Below, one piece after another: positions 11,639 through 21,954 of a DNA stretch of 24,066 nucleotides. The number at the start of each line of letters is the position of its first letter. The stretch's first letter is position 1. The notes under the pieces were generated by a model. It was not told the DNA's origin and did no database searches. It was given only the letters and a program-made list of their open reading frames with translations. Both the position numbers and the translations under genes were made by a program. Source of the stretch: Ginkgo biloba (Eukaryota > Plantae > Ginkgophyta); contig JANKJI020000002.1 in the NCBI GenBank assembly GCA_024626585.2, positions 19,250,080 to 19,274,145 on the forward strand, given 5' to 3'.

Positions 11639-12672
11639 TGTAAGAAACTCCATATATGCAAATTCTTATGCCCGTTGAATGTAATGCAAAGGTTGAGGAT
11701 GCTTGCCATTAGCTTGATACATGCTAGAATGAAGCATGATTGCTTATAAATCCTAACCAAGGGTCAAAACCCAACCAAAGTCCTTTATTTGATCTACTTT
11801 GCATTTAAACTGATCAATAACTTTGTATATTGATTGTCTTGATAATGAATCGATTATTAATAGAGACAATCGGTGTGTAGGTTATATACTCAAATTCTAT
11901 GATTACAAAAAGGTCATTATGACAATTTTTGTAACAACCAAGAAAACACAATTAGCCAACTATCTGAGAAGTAGTTGGTCGTTGTAGCAGACTTGTACCT
12001 TATATATTTAGAGACCCTTGAAGGGGTGGCATCTAGGCCTAGGATTTTGGGCTACACATTATAACTTTGTGATAGGAGGTTGCAAGATGTACTCAAATTC
12101 TATCTTAATGCAAGAAGTTTTTGGTCCATTCTGATGAGTGGGAATCTCACTCAACACTTGTAGAGAGCGAATTCGACAGAGCAGAGGCACTGAAGGTTGC
12201 CTGGGTGTAAGCTGTGCAAATCCAGAACTTGACCATTAAAACCTCTTCTTTATCTCATTCTATTTTTATATCTTTTTGTAACTGGGCTACCAATCCTTGG
12301 GCAACTGAGAACTACCTACCAGTTGCCAAGGGATTGGCATTCTCTGTCAGGCATCATTTCTTGTAAATTTCCCTCTTTCAGAGACTGTTATTTCTAATTG
12401 GTACTTTCCAGTCTCTGGAAGATAGGTAATCCCAGTTATGATAGAGTATCTTCCAATCCCTGGTGGACTGGTACTTCCAGCCATTACTGTGTACATGTCA
12501 GTCCCTAAAAGACTGGTAACTTCTGTTTGTATACTATACACATACCAGTCCCCGAAAGACTGGTATCTCCAGTTTTAGAATTTTTGGCTTGCAAGGCAGT
12601 TGTAACCGAGCAGACAGTTTTTGTAACTAACTGTTCTGACTCTAGTGGAGCAGTTATGATGTAATCTGTATA
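11639..12672. mobile_element. Relatively young LTR-like segment (one or two elements), hairpin-rich
   Basis: Candidate TGTAAG start at 11639, TATA-like tatatattta at 12001, higher GC, retained CAG/CTG and some CpG, internal tandem repeats. The right end is hidden in a 100-N gap and no partner LTR is seen. Confidence 0.4.
12408..12574. repeat. Four-copy tandem repeat of about 45 bp with palindromic core CCAGTC-N7-GACTGG
   Basis: Cores start at 12408, 12453, 12498 and 12545 (spacings 45, 45, 47): ccagtctctggaagataggta, ccaatccctggtggactggta, tcagtccctaaaagactggta, ccagtccccgaaagactggta. Confidence 0.85.
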
Positions 12673-12772
12673 NNNNNNNNNNNNNNNNNNNNNNNNNNNN
12701 NNNNNNNNNNNNNNNNNNNNNNNNNNNNNNNNNNNNNNNNNNNNNNNNNNNNNNNNNNNNNNNNNNNNNNNN

Positions 12773-13760
12773 CTTATTCTTACTTTGATGGTCAAATTTA
12801 AAATGAATGGATCTTTGATTTTAAAGCAATTTGGAGAGCTTAGGAGAAAAGGTGGTGTTTTCTTAATTGGAATGGATAAGATCACGAGAGAGGGATTTTT
12901 ACTCCTCAACTTTCTATTTGGTGGAATCATTTTATAAAGTTTAACTCTCTACCATTTAGTGTAACTAGATTTCTTGATTAGGCTCAATAATGGTTTAAGA
13001 AGGGCTTTTAGGTTTTTATAGATGTAGTGAAATTTAAGAAAAAAATCTGGTACAAATGTCAAGAATTTAGGAACCACAGAGGTCTTTCTAGTTCTCATGT
13101 CGACTTGTTCTACAAGATCATTGCAACTATTCTCTAAGAAGTTAGAAGTAAAGCCTATATGAGATTGTTAATTTCCTTATGGACGAATTGGATTTGGTTA
13201 TCCGGTAACTCCTTTTTTTCATTTCAAAGTGAGGCATCTGTCCAATCTACCATGTCCATATTTAGATTTAGTAGAGAGATTTAACTAGATATGGGAGTTG
13301 TTAGATCCTCTTTTATCTTGGCAAGATTAATGTAAGCTTATTTAGATCATTAATATTGATGAAAAGAAGAAACTCTTTCCTTAGGTAATCTTGTGTAATG
13401 GCCTCTCTATTGGGGAGAGACTAAAAAAACTCAAAAGCAAGCAGTTTGCTCCTTTTGTGCAAATGAAGAGTTTATCGTTTATTTATTTTGGAGTTATTTA
13501 ATGGTCAAGTGTATTTGGTTTCATATTGAATTAGTCACTGCATGCCATCTTTTTGAACCTTTGATTAGACTATAAGCATATTGGGGGCTCTATATACCCT
13601 TTGCTATTGATTTTTGTAATTCATGCAGGCATATGCTCATAATAAAATTGATTTGGGTTATTTAGAAGTTTAGAAATGAGGTGGTATTTAATGATGCTAA
13701 TCTAAAAAACTTGTTTCACATTGCTTTGATGTGTTTCACTAGTCTTTTAGAGAATGCATT
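12773..13760 (+). pseudogene. L1-clade LINE ORF2 C-terminal region including the zf-RVT domain (3' UTR possibly extending to about 14310)
   Basis: KAIWRA*E and SIWWNH upstream; from 13319, WQD*CKLI*...KKKLFP*VILCNGLSIGERL; after a frameshift, AVCSFCANEEFIVYLFWSYLMVKCIW (C-x2-C...E...HLF..C...W); then IWVI*KFRNEVVFN (W.IWK.RN..VF). These are established plant L1 motifs. Confidence 0.88.
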
Positions 13761-14579
13761 ACTTCATATTTTGAATTTACATAATTCTATCCAACAAATG
13801 TCAAGAGCAACTTATCAAAACTTTCATCTAGGGAATAGATTAGGTGGTGTTCATATTACAGATAGGGGTCAACACCCTTATTGTTGTACTTCACATCATA
13901 ACTATCACGGGGTTTCTCCTCTTCAATAATAGTCTAACATCTTCAACATGTACCACATACAACTAATATGCTTCGGTATATGGAGAGGAACAAGAGACAA
14001 GCTTCTAAGTATGTAGCTTCGTCGAGGTTGAGACAAATGCTAAGGCTCGATCTAAATAGAAGGTTTATTAGATCTAAGGAGGCTAATTGGTCGTCAAGGA
14101 GATAGAGGTTGCTCGTAATATTTTTTTTGTTTAATATCATGCATGTAGTTGTAATGGGTTTGGAGATCAAATTGTATTTTGACAACTATAATATTCCTCC
14201 ACGATATAATTTTTTTGGGGATGGTTATATTGGGTAGTGTCTTTTTTTTTGGATAATTTTAATGAACGTTAATAATTAGTTTCAACAATATTAACAAGGG
14301 GAAAAAAGAATACTACAATAATTTCCTGCAAAATATAAAAATCAAATTATTACTAATTAAATTCAAGTATTTTAAACAACATACCTCAATACCTCAATAG
14401 CATATCACCAACATCCTACTTGTTTATAGTCTGATTTTTCATTTTAGATCATTTATAGACCATAAAATCATTATAAAATTATGAATGAATAAGATATTCA
14501 TTAGTTTGCACAAACACATTTCATTCACAATTTAACTTTAATGTTAAACAGAGAGAAGGGATTGCTACCAAGTGACTCC

Positions 14580-15720
14580 TTTTTTCTACGATCAAGTAAG
14601 AAATAGACTTAGGTCGAAGACATGGCACGGAGAAGTTATCTTTGTTTTTTGTTCATGTATTTGAAACGCTTTTGAGAGATTTAAAAGAAATACTGCAATT
14701 ACTAGGTCAATATCGACGTGCCAACATATGAGGCGCATTTAATTCCAAAATTTAAATCTTATACCGAGTATCTATGCAACAATATTATTAAGCTGGAACA
14801 TGATCAGTCTCTGTCTAAACCTCATGGTTTCAATCATGAATGGAAAAGAGGAAACAAAAACGTTAAAGGAACGTCGTGGTTATATGACAAACAAGTATTA
14901 GCTTAAATTTTGGTTGGTNNNNNNNNNNNNNNNNNNNNNNNNNNNNNNNNNNNNNNNNNNNNNNNNNNNNNNNNNNNNNNNNNNNNNNNNNNNNNNNNNN
15001 NNNNNNNNNNNNNNNNNNAGTTCTGTAAAAAGAGAAATGCTGCATAAAAATATATTAAATAGGCACAGAACAATGACTAAGGAAAGCTCCACTCAAGATG
15101 GAGTATGCTCGTCATAGAATAAACTACACATTATTAAAGCCACTATCTTGGTCTCCAAGCGACCGTATTGACGGAGAAACAATAAAGCAGTCCCAATACC
15201 GCCTAACAGAAACTCTAGGCGGATATTCATTGTATATATTCGAATAGTCTCAACGTTGTCTACACTATCGTCAACTTCACGTTGCGGTGTTACGCTTGTT
15301 TTTCATGCTTTTGTTTGCATCTTTCTGCATGGAAGGAACAAAGAAGTCCCCGGGGAATCGTAATTAGTCGAGAAGGTGCTCAGGAGAACGACAATGTTTG
15401 TACACATTAAAGATAAAAGATGGGTACACGTACATACAAGTGGTTCGGAGGACATTTATGAATTATTTCAGTGAGACACAAGTTAGTCTGTGATTATCGT
15501 TGAAGTTTAGTTTTCAATGAGAATTATTTAATTTGTATTAATATGTTTTTTTCCGATTATAATATATGGAGCATAATTTCCTAGAAAAAATGTATTTAAG
15601 ACTATATGGATAGCAGCCTTTGCGTTGCCCGACCGAAGCAACTTGAGGGGTGTCCGAACTTTGAATCGATTGGAAAAGACTCGGTTACATACGACTAAAA
15701 TAAGAGGCTTCGCTATCTGA
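14580..15720. promoter_or_regulatory. CpG-retaining, non-TE-like island; candidate unmethylated cis-regulatory region
   Basis: About 39 CG dinucleotides in about 1.04 kb of called bases (hand count), versus about 10 in about 2.7 kb at 16220-19000. Six ACGT cores, three TGACG and one CCGAC; no recognisable coding motifs. Confidence 0.5.
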
Positions 15721-15774
15721 TTCTAATTTCCTTATTAGTGTGATTTTCATTGGCCTTGAATTAAAGGTATCCTA

Positions 15775-15935
15775 AATGTAGGTGAATGTGGGTAATCCTT
15801 CACCTATAGCCCAATTTTAGGTGAAGTTCAATTGTTTCTCACCTGTAGATTGACTAAAGGTGGAGTAAGAAGTGAAAAGATCTCACTTGCAGGTGATGAG
15901 ACTAGTCAATAACCTATACCTCAACTTTGAGTGAA
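15775..15935. repeat. Cluster of AGGTGA/TCACCT motifs in alternating orientation
   Basis: taggtgaa 15779, ttcaccta 15799, taggtgaa 15818, ctcacctg 15838, aaggtgga 15857, aagtgaa 15870, ctcacttg 15882, caggtgat 15890. Confidence 0.65.
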
Positions 15936-18900
15936 GATGAAAGCAATATGGAGTTGTGGGAGTCAATCTACTTACAAACTTGATGTGGATAGGATCGACC
16001 TGTAACGCCTCTAATGGGTGTTATTGAGGGTTTGAACACAATTATAGAAAGTTTAGGAGTGTTTGGGGTGGACTTGCCTCCCTAGTAACCAGTTTTTCTC
16101 AGGAGTGAGTGAAGANNNNNNNNNNNNNNNNNNNNNNNNNNNNNNNNNNNNNNNNNNNNNNNNNNNNNNNNNNNNNNNNNNNNNNNNNNNNNNNNNNNNN
16201 NNNNNNNNNNNNNNNAATTACAAGGAAATTTAGAAAAGCCTTCCCCTTACAATAGGAGATCTTCATCACATATTTTCAACTATTGGTAAGATATATAATG
16301 ATTGTTAAGTGTGTCATCATATTAATGGTCCTTTCCTAGTTATCCTAATTGAAGATAAAATTCTCATGAAGAAATATTTTAGACAAGTTTTCATAAATTA
16401 TTGATAACAAATGTTAATATAAAGAATTGCCTCAACTTTAACTAATAAATGTATTTGATTTAATTATTTAGAAACTATGTTCTTAAAGCATAGTTGGTAA
16501 GATCTAATGTTAATTTCATCTTCTCAAGTGGATTGCAAAGAGTGACATATTGGTGGGTTTTTGTGGCAAAGATAATCAACATAAATTTCGATCAATATTT
16601 GTGGTCAAAGTGGATGAAAATAATTAAGGGTATAATGTAATTGTAGGTATTTTGGAAAACTCTATAGTTATGAACTATGTATGAGAAATAGTTACTAACC
16701 CTTTAAATTACCATCATTTGTGTTGATATGTGTTTTTAATTCAACCTGCAATACATTTGCTTCAAAATTTGTTTATAAACGATCTTGTGTTTGAGCTTCT
16801 AGAGATAGAGGTACATAAACAATTGTTTGATCTTTATTGTACTCAATGGTAAAAGGTTAAAATATCATGCAATAAAAATAATAAAAATTCATTAGTCCTT
16901 ATAATTAGGAATTCTTTAGATGGGATGGTAGAAGAAGTCATTTAATATTCAAAGTTTAATTATCTACAAATGGTAAGAGATATGGTATTCCTTGGGAAGG
17001 ATGGAAGTTTAGGGCATTAGTTAAAGATGGGGGTGTAACTAGACTTCATGGCCAAAATTTTATATATAATGATAATAAATTGATCAATCCATTAGATAGT
17101 GCTACGCATAATTTAATGATTCAATAAGAAATAATCAATTTTAATCACATAATTTTGGTTTATAACTCTTTGAAAATATATGAATACGTGTTAAAATGAT
17201 AATATATTAAAAAAGATGATAAATAGAATTAGGCTTCAACACAATGTATTATATCAAGACAATTGTAGAGATGTTTGAAAGGATTTAAAAATTCATCTAG
17301 TAATGGAAAGGAAAGGACATTTAGTACTAACACTTATTTATCATTTATGAATGGCTATATTGACATATTCCTATTNNNNNNNNNNNNNNNNNNNNNNNNN
17401 NNNNNNNNNNNNNNNNNNNNNNNNNNNNNNNNNNNNNNNNNNNNNNNNNNNNNNNNNNNNNNNNNNNNNNNNNNNAGTTGAACTTAGAATTTAATAAAAT
17501 AATTCTAGTATTTAATTAAATATTAAGGTGCACAATGTCATATTTGTATCATCTAGCAAGTGTAGTGCTCAAAAGGTATTAATTTATGTCATGATATAAT
17601 CCCCTCCAAAGACTAAGTCCTAGAGGAATATGATGATATGATGGTGATAATATCTATTGATAAGGTCAATTGTTGTAAAAGTTCAATGGGAAATCGATAT
17701 GATGGATAAAGGTTCAAGTAAAAGAGAATGCACTTCTTAGTACATCTATATCTAACTATCCTAGAAAATATTGAACATTCAAAGGGTAGAAAGTGTTTAT
17801 CATATTACTTAAGTGGGAATAATATCTTCTGCAAGAAAAAAAAAATCATTAAATGGGTATGGACAAAACCCATTCTTATTTGAAAATATAATTAAAAGGC
17901 TTAAGTAAGTATAGGAAAGTACTATCCTTGTGAGTATATATATGAAATTATATTGAATATGTATATAATCTGGTTTATATATCTATTATATAGGTGATGA
18001 ATATATTTCTATTAAGAATCAAAATTTTTTCCTCTTTGATCGCTCATGGAAAGCATTATTATGTTACTGGTATATACTATAAAAGTCATAGGCGTGCCAA
18101 GTTACATCTCAAGGTAAGTAAGAAAAGGTGGAAGTCACACATATGCAATTATCTACTAGGTATAATCTTGATATTTTCTTCGTTAATGTTTTCAATTAAT
18201 CCATGGGAAAATAATGATTTGGTACTATTTTGAAAGATGTGGAACTTGTGATTGACCTAATGCTATATATAGATAAAGGAATAAAAAACCTATTCTTGAT
18301 CCATGACCTTATCTATCTTGTTAAATTGAAGAGATATAAACATGTGTATGACACAAGGATATGATATAAAAATGTCTAAGAAGATATGGAATCTATATCT
18401 AGATGAGTTAATGTGTATATAAAAAAATAAACCCTTTGACTTTGTCATATTATTGATTATGCTCCTATTGGTGAGAAATAATTAAGTAAGAGGAAGAAGA
18501 AGAAATAAAAATTAACTCTAATAAAAATAACTTTATATCATTGACTTAATGGTAATAGAAGGGATCTCTTTTCTAAGTTGGATAGAAGAAGACCCCAACT
18601 CTAGTGGATGGATTCTATTGACTTACAAAATTTGGGATGTTGACAAGATATAATCTACCATGATTTCATTTGATATAACACTATACTTAAGGGAATAAAT
18701 GGTTTATCTATAGTATGGAGACGAGATCTAAAGGCTTCATGAGAGAGGTTTACAAAACTCTAGAATGATGGTGAAACATAATGGTCCTTTTATTAGAATT
18801 AGGAAAGAGAAATATAATTTGTTTTTTTTATAAATCCTAGTGACATCCTCCTTAAAAATTGAGGTATAAGAGGGGAAACCAAGAGAGTTATGAAATGTTT

Positions 18901-19398
18901 TCCCTAGGTTTTATTGCTGTCAATGATTAATGGATTTGTTGTTAATTTGTTGTATAAGTATGAGAGATTCTAAGTGTAGCGAAATGATGTAATGCATATA
19001 TGTTTTCTGTNNNNNNNNNNNNNNNNNNNNNNNNNNNNNNNNNNNNNNNNNAATTCTATGTGAATATATTTCTTTAGGTCCTCTATGGAGAGAAAATCTA
19101 TATATTGTATAAGGAGATCCTAGACATAGGATTTTTGGCGCTAGGACTTGCATTATCCTTCATGTAAAATAACTGATTTATCTAATTAATTTTAATTTTT
19201 TGCATGAATGATGTAGTGGATTAGGTATAACATAAGGGTGAGAGAATATAGATGTGACACCATTTTAGGCAAAATAGAGGAGGCCAATATTTTTTTTTNN
19301 NNNNNNNNNNNNNNNNNNNNNNNNNNNNNNNNNNNNNNNNNNNNNNNNNNNNNNNNNNNNNNNNNNNNNNNNNNNNNNNNNNNNNNNNNNNNNNNNNN

Positions 19399-19692
19399 GA
19401 AGTTCATTACCAACCATGGAGTCTATGATATCATTAATGAATGAGTGGAAAGAATATTTTTAGGATATTCCTTGTTGAGGTCTCTAAAATTTACATTTAT
19501 ATATAGATCCATTATTTTTCATGATAGGAATACTGATAGCTACTTATTTAGTATAGTTGATGGGAAAGATGAATCTAGCATCACAAAGTTTTCAAACTTT
19601 TTTCTTAATGGTTTTAACCAACTATGGCTTGATTGGTATTTATTTTTTATCGAAAGAACTAACTTATACATTGGTATCTACATGGTGATAAA
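19399..19692 (-). pseudogene. Tat/Ogre-like Gypsy RT remnant (downstream part; interrupted by the 19693-22465 insertion)
   Basis: Minus strand: HHVDTN...KKV*KLCDARFIFPINYTK*VAISIPIMKNNGSI...FRDLNKEYPKN..FPL..FINDIIDSMVGNEL, versus the Tat-type pattern EVEKLLDAGFI.PI.YPEWVANIVPV.KKNG..R.CVDFRDLNKACPKD.FPLP.ID..IDS.AGHEL. Confidence 0.9.
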
Positions 19693-20171
19693 TGATATGT
19701 CACAGGGACATACTGTGGGCCTAGCTCTTGGTTCCATAGAGTCTAGCATTATAGAGGGATTTGACCATCAGTAATCCCATGATAGGATTATTCTAATTTA
19801 TTATTTATTTAATAGAAGTTTTCTCTACCATTGGTTTCTCCTATTCGTTAGCATTATCATATTNNNNNNNNNNNNNNNNNNNNNNNNNNTAGACTATAGT
19901 TACTTCAGCTACATGAGAAATCTTACATGATTTCATGAGCAATGCATTATGCATGGATATCCACTCTATTTTAAGACCCTATCTAATTTATTTAAGAAAG
20001 CCTTAGGTATTATATTTGATAAGATTTTACCTCAAGTAATGTCATGTTACAAGTTTTAAGTTAAATTCCTTTATGCAGTCTAATTTTTATAGCATTCTTA
20101 NNNNNNNNNNNNNNNNNNNNNNNCATTTAAGGATTTATTTATAGTGAATCCTTACCTAGTCTTATGCATTA
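19693..20171 (+). repeat. 5' LTR
   Basis: tgatatgtcacaggg...cttatgcatta. By hand alignment to the 3' LTR: about 20 mismatches in 143 nt and about 19 in 105 nt over two blocks. Confidence 0.9.
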
Positions 20172-20173
20172 AT

Positions 20174-20186
20174 TAGTATCAGGGCC
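20174..20186 (+). promoter_or_regulatory. tRNA-iMet PBS
   Basis: tagtatcagggcc versus TGGTATCAGAGCC: two transitions, 2 nt after the LTR end. Confidence 0.8.
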
Positions 20187-21050
20187 CCGTTATGAGCTCT
20201 AAATTTTTTTATGGATTGATTCTTATGTTGATTGGTCTCTTTAATTTCATTTTCATGTAGTTATTTTTTAAAACTAGTTTTCACCTATTCTTAAAAATAA
20301 CCTCATGGATTTTTTTTCTTGGGCATGTCCCTCCAAATTTTTATCTTTCTAGAGGCATAATAACATCTTTGAGGAGTCCCACAACCTATCAAATTTCTAG
20401 TTCATTATCGTAACTATATAATTTCTTCTTAAGGTTGTTGTATACCTTGAGTAACCTACATTGTTATACTCTATTCATATTGATTATTTCTTCCTATAGA
20501 CTTCTTAGAGGTAGGATGACCTCCCCTAGTGATTCTCATTGTAGGGAAAACCTTCTTACTATCTCTATGAATCACTTGATATGCTAAAAGGGTGCCCAAG
20601 GCTATTACTATTCATTTTTATCTTAATGACTTTCTACCACATCTTGTAATCTTCTCATAGTTCTCTTTGGATAAATAAATCCCATAAAGGTTTCTTTGGG
20701 GTTTGAGACCCTCCTCAACATTGATGAGTTATGGCCTCTTAAAGTGTACCATGACATCCTAAAATACCTCACTAAGCCTCCATTCTAGTACTTCTCTACT
20801 TCTTGCATGGATGTTCTTGAGGTTTCTAATGATCCATGACCTTCATCCACCTTGTGTACTAATTTTTTAGGCCTCTCAATCTATCATGAGCCTTATACAT
20901 CTACCATAACCCTCTAAATAAATGTGTAGTTCATAAACAATTTTCCATGGCCTCACATCTTTTAATACAACTTATTGATTAAAAAATAAATCAATTTTAT
21001 TCTAAAGTTCAACTTTAGTTCACTTTTTAATTTTTTTAAGCTCTTCATTT

Positions 21051-21307
21051 TGTAAGCCAGAGAAGAGACTTCTCCACCCAGTTTAGCCAGAACGGTTGGC
21101 CCAATTACTAGGAGGCATAGGGATAATCCATGATGTACCTCAAACACGTGAAAGAGTGTGTGAAAGGGTGCTTTATGTGAAANNNNNNNNNNNNNNNNNN
21201 NNNNNNNNNNNNNNNNNNNNNNNNNNNNNNNNNNNNNNNNNNNNNNNNNNNNNNNNNNNNNNNNNNNNNNNNNNNNNNNNNNTATTAAAAATCCATTAAA
21301 ACTTACA
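21051..21307. mobile_element. Probable younger nested LTR or solo-LTR spanning a 100-N gap
   Basis: Inverted termini TGTAAG (21051) and CTTACA (21302-21307), with an abrupt rise in GC and CG/CAG content. The flanks cattt/tctag do not form a clean TSD. Confidence 0.5.
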
Positions 21308-21941
21308 TCTAGGAGTTATTTCTACATCCCATTATTAAATTTTAAAACTTGATGAGAAGTGGTTACTACATTTTTTTTTAATTTCATTTTCTTTGGTTTC
21401 ATTAGTAAATATCTACTTTATGTCAAAGATTACATTCCATAACATGCAGAATTATTTTGATTGGCAAGTGGTACTAGTTGAGAATCTAACTTCACTTATT
21501 CAATAATTTATAATTGGAATTCCATTTGAAGTTTAATGTGACAGATTGAGTCATATTATCACCTATGTAGAAGGAAGTCTTGAGCATATAATAGACCAAA
21601 TGTAGTTAATAGTGACCTAGATGAAGAAAGAACAAAGGAAGATCTAGTGCATGATAACTGATCTTATGAGTCTTATGTATCACCTTTAAATTTAGACCTT
21701 GACATCATCACTGAACCTACTAGGTTCAACTTATCTTCATCTTATTATTTCTTCTTCTCATACATTTTACATCTTACCTTATTCCATTATTATAAGCAAT
21801 GTAAAGTGCATAAGGATAGTGAACATATTTTACTTAAGAGAGCACTAACTCCTTTATCTTTAGTTTTTTCCACTATATATATGGACAATCTATCGACATA
21901 AAATCATACACTAGATCAAGTAATAGGGTCCATTTTTCTCT

Positions 21942-21954
21942 AAGAGGGAAGGAA
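21942..21954 (+). promoter_or_regulatory. Polypurine tract
   Basis: aagagggaaggaa directly before the 3' LTR. Confidence 0.8.

Noticed and set aside
12290-12337. miRNA precursor
   Set aside because: The stem is only 18 bp, I recognise no match to a conserved plant miRNA, and it lies in TE-like sequence.
12408-12574. CRISPR array
   Set aside because: The repeats are degenerate, the linkers are only 15-17 nt and partly similar to each other, there are no cas genes, and the context is eukaryotic TE DNA.
15615-15690. U4 snRNA-like start (agcctttgcg...tgagg...ccga...ttggaaaa)
   Set aside because: Only scattered short matches. The U6-pairing segment, the K-turn stem and an Sm site are not convincingly present.
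16216-19010. Assigning specific TE domains to this decayed AT-rich block (a WILL-like RNase H hint near 18605; possible CACTA-like stretches)
   Set aside because: The motifs are too short and need frameshifts. Probably ancient TE debris, but not assignable by eye.
6151-21302. ccattaaaac occurring three times (6151, 12233, 21293)
   Set aside because: The flanks do not extend the match; it is an AT-rich 10-mer noticed post hoc.
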